From positions 31,310,001 through 31,374,000 of the forward strand of contig NC_045138.2 in assembly GCF_008831285.2 (NCBI RefSeq): a stretch of DNA of 64,000 nt. Direction: 5' to 3'. Positions 37,323 through 48,537 of the stretch are shown in pieces. The notes under the pieces were generated by a model. It was not told where the DNA came from, ran no database searches, and was given only the letters and a program-made list of their open reading frames with translations. The position numbers were made by a program, and so were the translations under genes. Within the stretch, counting starts at the first letter, position 1. Each line of letters begins with the position of its first letter. Origin of the DNA: Nymphaea colorata (Eukaryota).

Positions 37323-39731
37323 TGGTAGCGGTGTATCTCTACTTGAATACCACAACCTGCCATTTAAAAAATAGTCACAACGATCAGGAAAATTAACTAA
37401 AGACTTGTCTTTTTGCTTGCAATCCGATCGACCAACTAGGTTATGTTGTTTAATGTTTAGCTATTTAATTTTAAAGCTTTTATTTTTTTTTTATTTGAAC
37501 GTGGCCCCCCTCCACAAAGAGGTGGTCCATGAAAATTTTTGAATATTTCAAGAGAAATATCAAAAACTCTTTCATGCCTGAATGTTTTAGATTAATTAGA
37601 CGCTTGAATTAAGATATATAACACAATAAGTAGGCAGTTAAATGATAAAATATTGAAACAAGAGTTTGTTTTCTGCTAATTCACGAAGCTTAGGCGTATT
37701 TTTGTATATAGATATCTGGCTCTGCCATATTATCCAACTTGAATTGGACCAAGGTTCATAAATTGTAGCGGATTCCACGTACTGACCGAACTTAAAGGGG
37801 TCCGGACAGAATATTAAATTAGTCTTCTTGTTCTTGTCATCAAATAAAGGCACCAGTGGGTTTGGTATGAGTCATGTTGGGGTCTAAATGGAAAATATCC
37901 AAAACGTTGGGTACCATTATTTAATGCAGAAAAGGAGAGGATTAATTGATTTCTTATTGTGATATTTTGGTGAAAATGATTTTGAGGGGATAACATTTTC
38001 CTTTTTTTCCTTGTTTTTTATTATGCAAAAGGTGCCTTGGTAATACCTAGTGCGGTGAATACATTTTATGGTCGCATATGCAATGCCTTAACAAATAACA
38101 TGTGGTCAATGGCGGAGTTAGAATTTTTTGACTATGGAACACTTTTATAAAAAAAATTATTTTTGAAGGGACACAATATATATAAATAAGTAAATAATTA
38201 TAAGAAATCTATGTAAAAATATGCAAAAATAAATAAAAATTTTTGTTGCTGGCGTGGGCAACTGTTCACACCCTTTAGTTTTAGAAGACACCCAAAATTA
38301 GGTCTATCCCAAACTTAATTTACATACATGGAAGATATTTCTGAATTCAAGTTTTGCTTGAGTTAGCTCGAGCTTAGTTGAGCTAAGCTCAATATCTGCT
38401 AGGCTCAAACTAGAGTTTCATTGAAGACAGCTTGCTGGATGCACTATTTACTTGCATATCTAAAAAGTTTCATCACTAAACTTTTCGCCTTTTGATCCTC
38501 TTTGATTAATGAATTCTTTGCATAATTTCAACCTCAAGTCCTTAGACAAACCTAGCATGACATCAGTGGTGAAGCAAAAACTTTTTAGTTGAGAAAGACC
38601 CTTCACATACTTAGTAAAATGATTGAGCGCCACTAGATATAAATAAGCAGTTCCGATGGGCATAACATAGCTGGTCAGGCCGTGGGTTAGTAAAAGTTTG
38701 GTGATCAGTTTGATTCCTAAGAGTGTTATTATTACGGATTATAAACGGCAACAAGCACTATTCTCAGGTTCAAATGAGCAAATGTAAGTCCACCCAAGTC
38801 TCGAAGCTGCCCTAAAACTCAGAGCCGGACGAAGGGAAGTTGGCTTCTTCAAGGTATCTTTGGAGCCAACTAATATGTAAGTATATGAATTTTGTGCGAC
38901 TGCATGTGGTTCAAACCCTTGCATCACACACATCTAAGGGCATTTATGGACTGAACTTGGACCAATGGACTGAACCCGGGCCGACCCATCCGATCTGGGT
39001 TTGATTTTGCAGGGCAAAAGAAGAAAGCTACCATATAAGACAACCAGTTTGTAACCCTAATTGGGTAAACACATTCTAACTTCTTTTAGGAGATTTAAGG
39101 CATTCAAACGCTTCAAAGAGAAAATGATATGAAAATTGCATTCCCTATACGTAATGTTAGTTGGTGAGTCATAATCATCTGCTGTAGCTATTGCTTCCAA
39201 CCTCTAGATCAAGAGTCTATGACAAGATGATTGCCATTATTATGGAGTTATACAATCACTAGGGCCCTATCCAAAAGTGTGAAAAATAAGAAACTTTTAT
39301 ACCAAATGAAAGGGACAAGCGTTCATGAACTTTATAGGTTAAAGTGAAAAACAGCCTTCTATAGGGAATTTGTATTTTTTTTTATAGAAAATGTCAAAAA
39401 TGAAGCTTCAATGCAGCCAAATTTGAACCGCTAGAATAATGAATGACATGCTATAAGCTAGGAAATCATGACAGACAAATGATTCGATGAAAAAAAGAAA
39501 GAGAATCTAAAATAGACATGGGCTTCCCTTTGAAGTCTAAGGTAGCAATTGGACAACAGATTGAAATGATTTTTTTTTTTTCAAGAAACTTTGTTTTTGT
39601 AAAAATCATTTTCTTAATGAGTTTTGGAAAACATAGGTTATGAAATTAGTGCTTTCGTGCCACTTGAGCCGGCCAAAAAAGGAGTTTCGGAGTGCTTTGC
39701 GTGTAAAACGCCTTTCTAGGCATGCCTTTAA

Positions 39732-40001
39732 AGGTGCGTTTGGATGGCACCTTCAAAAAACTTGGTTTTGTGAAAACCTAGTTTTGAAAAACCTGACTAA
39801 AAACCTAGTTTTGTAGAACTTGGTTTCGAAGTTTGGATGACAAGCGAAAAACTTGGTTTAGAAGTAGTTCCTCATGCCTTCCATGAAAACCAGGTTTCGA
39901 CAAAACCCAGTTTTAATGTCATCCAAACCCTCTACGAAACCCAGTTTTAAGGCAAAACCATGTGTTGTCTCCCGGTTTCTGATTGTCATCCAAACACCTC
40001 C
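39732..40001. mobile_element. Tourist/PIF-Harbinger-type MITE (same family as 8902-9194)
   Basis: AGGTGCGTTTGGATGGCA...GTCATCCAAACACCTCC flanked by TAA/TAA; internal sequence aligns by eye with 8902-9194. Confidence 0.8.
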
Positions 40002-41007
40002 TAAAGTCATTCTTTCCGGGATTGAGACCGGAGGAAGCCAGACATTCCTTACATTTGAATGCATGATCTTGAAATATATCTCATCTTTCAAGAATATTGC
40101 AATTTTTTCTAGAAAACCGTATGATCACATCTAGCGTTTGAATATAACATTCAAGAATATGATCAATTATTATATTATATCACATGAAACAGAAGCAACA
40201 TGATTTTTTTTTTTTTTTTGAAACGTACGTTCTGAGAACATGCATTTCGAGAACACAATGTCCAGCTCGGAGTAAAAAAAAACTCCAGAGAAACACGAGC
40301 CTCAAACACGAAAGTTAGGATTAACAAGATTGCATGGTGAAAGTACCACGTATATCATAACGAGGGAATCTCGAGATTTAATATTCGACAGATTTTTTTC
40401 TCCTGCCTCGCACACGTCGGGGTAAATGTTAGAAAAGTGAATAATGGATGCTCGTACCAACTGTCCATCCCACTTGTTGTTTGCATCACTATGGTTAAAA
40501 ACTGAGGTGTACCCGCAGTCCTGCCTTCCTCTCAATTATTAGAATCCCGCAGCAAGCTAAGAGGTAAAAGAAAGAACAAAACAAAAGCAACAAAAAGTAA
40601 AGGGACTTTAGAATCAAAAGCGTCTGTTACCGTCGGTAAAAAAGGAAAAATGACAAAGAAACTTTTGTGTTTGCAGCATACAAAAGGTTTAATGAGTTAA
40701 GCACACTTGAGAGTAAGACTTCAATAAAGTTGGCCATATTCTTGTGTACTGAGTACTGAAAGGTGTTGAGATGAAGACTGAAGACCCTATGTAGAGTCTC
40801 AAAGCGGATTGGCATAATGGGTACCGCAGAGACTTATAGGCGATCAGTATCTGTTTTGAATGTTCGAGATGTTAACTTTTTATGCTATGCTTCTAAAAGA
40901 AGCGTCATTGACGTGCAAGTTGAAACATGACATAAATGGTACCCCAAGACATGAAAGTATGCTTTTTATCTTACGAAAGAACTAGGGGTTGGACAGAAGC
41001 TTCGGCA

Positions 41008-41127
41008 TTCAGTCGGGTGGTGAGTTTTTCCCGCTCACCTAAAAGACCTTTCATAGAGTTTCATCTTTTCAGTCGGGTGGTGAGTTTTCCCCATTCACCT
41101 AAAAGACGTTTCATAAAGTTTCATCTT
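41008..41127. repeat. 60-bp tandem duplication
   Basis: TTCAGTCGGGTGGTGAGTTTT...CACCTAAAAGAC.TTTCATA.AGTTTCATCTT occurs twice. Confidence 0.9.
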
Positions 41128-41581
41128 AAAGTGGAAACCTAATATGAAAAATATAAAATATCTACTAAAGGATTTATGTACCCCAATCATGCATGTGCAT
41201 GTTCATGTCTGCACATGTGTCCCTTTCATTATACTAATTAATCTCACTAATCCTCCCAAGTAAGCTGGTTGAAAGGAAATCAACTTCTCCAACCAAATTG
41301 AGATGAACTTGGTATGAAGAACAGTAGCAGAGGCATGTGTGTGCTTGCGCGGGCAATTGCCTGAAATAATCTGTTTATATGTTAATTAACTTATAACTAT
41401 TATCTTATTTATACATTGGTGCCTTTTAAATGTCTAAAATTTAAAGTATTAATGTCATAAACCATATTCAATGATAAGCTGTTGTTGAACCAAGGCGCAA
41501 ATTTTGAATTTCGGCCCTATAAGGTGCCTGGAAATCATAATCTAAAATATAGTCCTAAAATCTCAAGGTTTGAATACGAAT

Positions 41582-41954
41582 CGTAGTCACAAATATTGTT
41601 TATGAGTTTCAAAAAGTTAGGTTCATCTGGAATACAATATGGCAGAGTTGTTTTTCTCAAGAAAGCTTAAAAAAATTAAAAAAAAAAAGATCTTAAAAGT
41701 AAAACATGGTAAATAAAAAAATGTAAAAAACATAAAAAAAACACAAAAATATGAAAAAACAAAAGATATAACAAATAAAAAAGTACGTGAAAACCCCCAA
41801 ATGGGAAATTGCAAAACAAAACATTTTTTTCGTGTTTTTTTGGGTTTTGGTGTTCTTTACAATAAAAACAAACTTTTTTGCCATTTTCTTCTGCTTACTC
41901 ATTATTAATATTTTAATGTTTTTTATATAGAAAAACACGGTATTTGTGACTATG
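41582..41954. mobile_element. MITE with CATAGTCACAAATA TIR and A-rich/T-rich foldback interior; related copies at 22814-~23135 and 61196-61540
   Basis: CGTAGTCACAAATA ... TATTTGTGACTATG (13/14 inverted match). The same right terminus occurs at 61527-61540 and a similar left terminus at 22814. Confidence 0.7.
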
Positions 41955-42932
41955 CGGTTGAACTAACGCAACGGATTAGAACCCAAAGTCCATGGTTCAT
42001 ATGGGATTCTGTCCTCCGAAAATACTGAAAACATGTCTGATTTCCTGTGGATCGAAGTATCGGTTTCATGTCAGAACCCGCTCCAAGTCTAAATGAAAAA
42101 TGGTATAGTAGGTGCGAGCTCCAAATGTAATATATGGATCTCAAACTAACATAACATACTTTGGGCATGATCTCAAAGTCGCCATTGCCATATAGTTAGG
42201 GAAGCCAATGGGTTTGGCAGGATCCATTATCTGATCCAAATCCAAGTCTTATCAATTTGGGTTGGCAAACTAAACCGGATCCGTTTACTAATCCAATTGT
42301 GGACTCATTTCATTGGTTCCACTCGAGTCCAAGAGATCCGAATTATTCAAGTGCTATGTCAATAGGTAGGTAAAAAGGCAATGTTTAGCAGTACCACCTT
42401 CAACTTCTCGACCAGATTTTAGCCCATCAAGTTGGATCTGACAAATCCCTGCATTTGATGTAAATCGGATCCATTTACATGCTTTAGAAATGCATGAGTT
42501 TGTGGGAAAAAAAAAATCAAATTCAACTATTACCTGAATTTTTAAGCATATAGATATTAGTATGCTGTACATTTATACGTATTGCGCAGGTCCATGCAGA
42601 GCATGACTTGGGTTCCAAGACTCGTCTCGCTGATTTTGATGCACAACACTGGAGAAAAAGGAAAATGGGAAAAGAAAAAACCAGAAGGAAAAAGAAGAGA
42701 AGGAAGAAAAAGTAGTCCACAAGATTCAATCCTTTCTTATATATATGTCATCCTATTTGTTTTCCCACATTTGGGACTCTGATCTCTCCCACTGACCTGA
42801 AAAAACCAGGTTGAGCTATTATCCCAGACACCCACATTCTCCCAGATTGCAGAAATCTTCCTCTATGGGCATTGATCATCAGATTGTTCCTTCTTGGTGT
42901 TCTAAAATTTCTACCATCTCTGCCTCCTTTTG

Positions 42933-43079
42933 ATGGTGTCTTGCTTGTTTCTTTTGTTTTATTCATGGAGGATGCTTTCTGCAGCTTTTTTTGGTCCTTC
43001 ACACGGTTTTGCGTTCCCTTTCCGTTTTGAAGCCATGTTGGTTTTTTCTTTCTTGGCTTTATTTTTCTTTAGTTGGTGA
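42933..43079 (+). promoter_or_regulatory. 48-aa upstream ORF in the FLZ 5' leader (candidate conserved-peptide uORF)
   Basis: ATG 42933 to TGA 43079 gives MVSCLFLLFYSWRMLSAAFFGPSHGFAFPFRFEAMLVFSFLALFFFSW. It lies between TATATATA (42738-42745) and a predicted leader intron 43223-43959. Confidence 0.55.
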
Positions 43080-43995
43080 TCCTCCATTCATTTCCGTTGC
43101 TACCTTTATTTTCTGGATTTTGGTGCTTTGGTATTGCATTTGCATGGTTGTTTGGTTCCTTTGTGTTTGCTTTTAGTAGTTTGGGTGTGGTTTTTCACTT
43201 TTCCTCTCGATCATTTCTGCAGGTCATTTCATTTCCTTCTGCTTTTCTTAATGTCTGTTCTCTCTCCACACTGTGAGATGGTTTTCAGTTTTCTTCTTCC
43301 ATCTACTGTGGCAATATGAAGATGGTTCAGCTGCCCTTTTCTTCTTACCTTCCTAAAGCAGCATGAGTCTTGTCCATGTGAAGCTTCCTGACCTTTCTTT
43401 CCATTAACTTCTATCTGATTCAATCAATTTCATTCATATATTCTTGTCTGCCTTTTATTAAGGGGAAAATCTCGTTTTCTTTTGGTGTTTGTGTTGAAAA
43501 AAGAAGGATCTTCCCTTTTCCTTTCCACTATCTAAGCTTTATTACTTGTCTCTTGCTGGTGGTGGCTTTCTTCTAATCTTATTTTAGTCTCTGTGCTGTC
43601 CGCTTTTTGAGTTTTTTTTTTTCCCTTCTGGTTGATTTATGCAAGATAGCAAAAAGCTTTTATTTGCAATTTGTAGTGACAGAAAAACAACTCCTTCTTT
43701 TCCTATCATGTTTATTATGTTGCTGAATGTGGGTCCTTTTTCTCCTTCAGTTTGTGACCATCATGCAAGATATTTATGCTGTAATGTTCTCTTTCAATCG
43801 AAAACTAGTATCCGTAATATAGCGCCATCGGCGCCATCATCTTGGTTTTATACTTTTATCCGTCGTTTTTATGTTGGTCCTAGCATCGACTCTTTTTCTG
43901 TTGATTAATCATTTGGGTTGTTGAAGCTAAGTTCTAATTCTTCCTGTTGGCCTGTGCAGGTTTGAAATCTCAGATTTTGTTTGGGTTTTAAGATA

Positions 43996-46219
43996 ATGCT
44001 GAGGAAGGTCAAGAGGGATCAGAGTAAGGGAGAGCTCATGCTTGATCATTGTTCAAATTTCACACAGAAGCATAAAAGCACTTCCTTTTTCAGGATCCCC
44101 AGCTTATTTGTGGGGTTTACTCCCAAGAGTGTTTCAGACTGTGATTCCGTTAGGAGTCCAACTTCCCCTTTAGACGCTATAATTTTTTCTAGTTTTGGAT
44201 GCTCATTGTGGTCACAAAAGTCAGAACCTGATAGTTTCCAAAGCCCGAGGAAGAGCTGGTGTTCTGAAGGCATAGGTCTTGGTATTGTTGGCTCACTCAC
44301 TGATGTGGAAACCCGTCAGGCTGAAAATTGTGCAGGGAAATCCGATACCAAGAACATACTCTTCGGTTCACAGTTGAGGATCAATGTCCCTAAGGGCAGA
44401 AGGAGTCAAAACCATTATTTGGATAAGATAGTTCCTCCTATAACAAGTCCCAAATCTTTACCAAACTACGTCTTCTCTGCACAAAGCAGGATTAAGTCTG
44501 GCCTTTCGAACTTGGGATGTTCTCAGGTTCCATCAGAGTCAAATGCTTTCCCATTGGAGGCCGGAAAGTCCATTGATCGTCGACCATGTTCATCTGGTTC
44601 TATCCCAAACAGTGCTAGCTTCTTGTCGAGGCATGCTCAAACGGACTTGCTCTGTTCTGAATCAAATGTGAATTTGAACAATTCTGCGTCGGACCTGCCT
44701 CAGTTAGACGTGGGGCTTCATGGGTTCCCAACCAGTTCAAACTGCAATCTCAGATGTGCTCTATCTGCAAGTGAAATTGAGCTTTCTGAAGATTACACAT
44801 GTGTGATAACTCATGGCCCAAATCCTAAGACAAAACATATTTATGGAGATTATATCTTAGAGGAGAACTGTATGTTTGAGATTCCTGCTGGCAGCAAGCC
44901 AGACAAGATGAACTCAGATGTGACATCACCTGATTGCCAATCTTTCCTGCTGGATGATTTCTTGAGCATTTGTTTTGCTTGCAAAAAGAACTTGGTGCAA
45001 GGGGAAGACATCTACATGTACAGGTTTCTCTTTAAAAATCCATGTAGTTAGTTGCATGCTTTTGCTGTTCTATATTTGAACAAAAGTAAGAATTGCATGA
45101 TCTGAATGGTATGCCTTTTTTGCATTCACTCCTTCGAATATTTACTATTTTTTTGGTGATAAGTTTTTTGAGTGGCATTTCTCCAGTTGTTGCTTAACTT
45201 CTTGCAGTTCTGCTTTCAACTGTTTTCTTGATATCGATTCTCTCATACAATGATATTGTACTTGATATTTTTTCTATTCTTAACCCCGAAATTGTATAGG
45301 TTTGTTAAATTGGATACTGATACTGATTTTAAATGATTTAACACGAATTTGCACTGATTCTGCTAGTAACTTGTTTTTGCAGAAACTGATGTTCGGTTCG
45401 AGCATGACTTACGTTCTATTTTATTGCTGTAGCTTATCCCTCCTGCTTGTTCTTTGCCTGATTATTTTTCACACCGTTATTTTGAGCTTTTGACAGACCA
45501 TGTTAACTTTTTTTTGCTTTAGGATTACACACTGGACAAAATGCAAATTTCGATGCTTTTTTTTTGAGGTGGAGTGACCTATGTATAGGAATTAGACTAA
45601 TTCATGTTTTTCCTTCTATTTCTTGTTTCAGATACTTTATCCAAAATATTAAGTACTTGATGAGTTTGAGCCCACGTTTTCATAGTTGATCCTTTTTAAG
45701 GCCTGGAATTAGTTCTCATGCTTATGCTGCATATGTAGGCCAGTGATTCATCATAACCCAGATCAAATTCAAAATTCATGGCCAGTTTGTGGATAGCATG
45801 GCCTTAAAATTTCGGCTTATTATTTGATGAAGATTAATCCGTTTGAATCTATAATAGATTCCTTTATTTACATTTATATGGGTCCTAACTCTGTCGTTAT
45901 TTGTTTGAAAATGCTTGCACTTCCGGTTTCACTTTGCCCAGCAGTTGTAGCCAGTATCCGCAGTCTGTCCTTTCTCTCCCTCTCTTATAAAAACAAGCGC
46001 ACACGGACATTCTTCAGTTTGTATTTTTAAATATCAACCATAGACTAATGATTTTCTGAATTTGTTCTTTGTCACTGCCACAGAGGTGATAAAGCATTTT
46101 GCAGTTCTGAGTGCCGGGCACGAGAGATGATTATGGATGAGGGAATGGAGGATACTCTGGAGACTTCACCGCCTCCATCCAAAGCTGCTTCTTCCGATGA
46201 AGTTCTCTTCCCTAGCTAG
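43996..46219 (+). CDS. FCS-like zinc finger (DUF581/FLZ) protein, long FLZ8-11/MARD1-type; exons 43996-45023 and 46084-46219
   Basis: Motifs SPTSPLD, GIGLGIV, SASEIELSEDYTCVITHGPNPKTKHIY and FLSICFACKKNLVQGEDIYMYR|GDKAFCSSECR (CX2C...FCSX2C), with the family's intron in the YR|G codon. Confidence 0.93.
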
Positions 46220-46638
46220 GCCATGAGAACAAGCAGCCATAGTCATAATATGAGGAACTTAGAGGCAAACAGCACGATCAACCGTTCACAAAGAGCTGTA
46301 TACAATTGTTCTACGCAGCCACGGATGATCAGTATGGAAATTTTTCTTGTCTACTATTTTGTTTAACAATGGGGATAATCATCCTTGATGCCTTGAGGAT
46401 GGTTCTAGAGCAGAGGATCACTAGCAGGAAATAAACCGTAGAGTGCCTCAACAAATTTTTCCTTTAAAGTTTTGCAGGTTCCTCTTGTACGTTCTAAGTT
46501 GGAGACTGGAGAGCATGTATCAGAACTCTGGTTATTATTGCAAGCATGCTATTCTAACACATCTTTTCCTCATATTTTGTCCCACTGCTAGCAGCAATGA
46601 TTTGTCTGAAAAGAATCAGGCTTCACTATTTTTGGCAA

Positions 46639-46676
<38 letters not shown>

Positions 46677-48537
46677 ATATATCCCAGCGGCGCTGCTTGT
46701 TTATCATTTATAGCTTATTTAACGTTCATCCATCTCCACGATTTCAAAGTTCTGTTGGTATCCATCCCGAAAAATATCAAGGTTGCATTTTCTTCAAGTG
46801 TTTCTCCAGCCTGAGTCGTTAGTACTCATGCAAGAATTATATACATATGAAGTGCATTGTAACAGACTGACCAGTATATGCGAACAGTGCAAAAGATGGA
46901 GACTAATTTGTAAAATGCACATCCGTGGGATTAGGAATCGCAAAATTTAATGCAAAGAACTAGAAGCTCCCCTAATATTTCATCCCAAGCAAGGACAAAA
47001 GCTTCTGGAAGGAATACTGTAAATTACGACTTCTTTCTGAACCACTGCAAAAAAAACGGAACAGAGGAGACTTTTACAGTTTCACTCATGCCCACACATG
47101 TTATGAAAGAACGGTAAACATCGTGTTCTGACAATTACAGCATGAACGGGAGCCATTTTCTTGGTAATATGTCATAATGCAATTGGGGTTGCAAGCAGGT
47201 CAAATGCAGAACAGTTCAAGAACGGAGAAAAAAGTTGAGAGAAGTTAGTGTTGAAAAAATCATTAGTATATTTGTGGTAAATTATCACTTCCAAAATGAA
47301 GGCTTTTTTTTTTAAAAAAAATTTCCCTCTTTCTGTTAATTCATTTAGTATTAATTAAAGGACAATTATTCAAAAAGATTCTTGATTTCATTTTTTTCAT
47401 ATGATTGAATCAAAAGTGGATTTTGTCATCATCAACAAAGTAGGATTCCAATGAGTGCTTCCAAAACAAAGCATAACTTATGAAATGCAGTTCATTCTTT
47501 TATGACCAGAAGTTACATATACGAACTACTCATATGGGTATGAATGATTTTTGTAGCTGAATGATATAGAAGTGTCAAAAACTACATTTTAAATATTAAA
47601 CTCTTTCATGTTTCTGATTAGAAGGTCCTAACTCAGCCTCCTAATGGGAGAGCCGAACCTTTTTATTTATTTATTTTTTCTTTTCTCTTTTGCCAATGGA
47701 AAAAAGGAGTTAAAAAGGACAAAAATTAAGATACTTTGTGGGTAGATGTGGTTATGAATTATTGGGCGGTGAACTTGGAAAAGGGTCAAAGGCCAAAACT
47801 GTCACTTTCGAAAATCCAGCTCCTCAGCAAAGCCTCATCGGCACAAAGTGGATAAAACACACGTGGTTGCAGAGTTGTCAACCTCTTATTGGCTCTGGAC
47901 GTGAGAAAAAGGTGCCGGGTTGGACTCGTCTCAGATTTCTCGTGGCTTTGAGGAAGATAACATTCTTCGCCCTGAGGATGGTGAGTGGGGGATTTCGAGT
48001 CCGAGACAAACGAGACTAGACCGATAATCCAAGGAACCATCTTTAATAAACTATTTTATTATGTACAGCATTTATTGAATATTATGAACAGACTATGTTA
48101 GATATAACCAAGCATGAAACTTTGAACAAAGTATGAACGATATGAAACACAACTCATAAGAAAATGTTCTTATCATGTAAAAATAAGAAAAATTTCACGC
48201 TGGATGTTTTATATTGCATCATTGGCATTATATACATCTTAGAAAAATTCCTCAAAGTCGCCAATATTTTGATTATGCTTATGCTGAGTCCATGCAAACC
48301 TCATCGAGTCATCCGCAACTAGTTTGCAGCCCACGTTAAGAATCATTGGACCACATGGAGATGGCCCCCGTGTAAATACTGGCCTAAGGTTGGGTTTTTG
48401 AACGAACACATTAACTCAAGTGGGTTTTCACTTGGATCATATCCCCATCTCCCATTGTTCTTATTATGCGTTCCTGATTGCTTTTTGTTCTTGGTTCCTG
48501 CTTCCTTGTTTTCTACTTTGGATGCTTGGGGAGTGAG

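Noticed and set aside
42934..43176. 80-codon open frame continuing after the uORF1 stop (WCLACFF...)
   Set aside because: No AUG near its start; likely a by-product of the T-rich leader and the overlapping uORF2, though a non-AUG start cannot be excluded.
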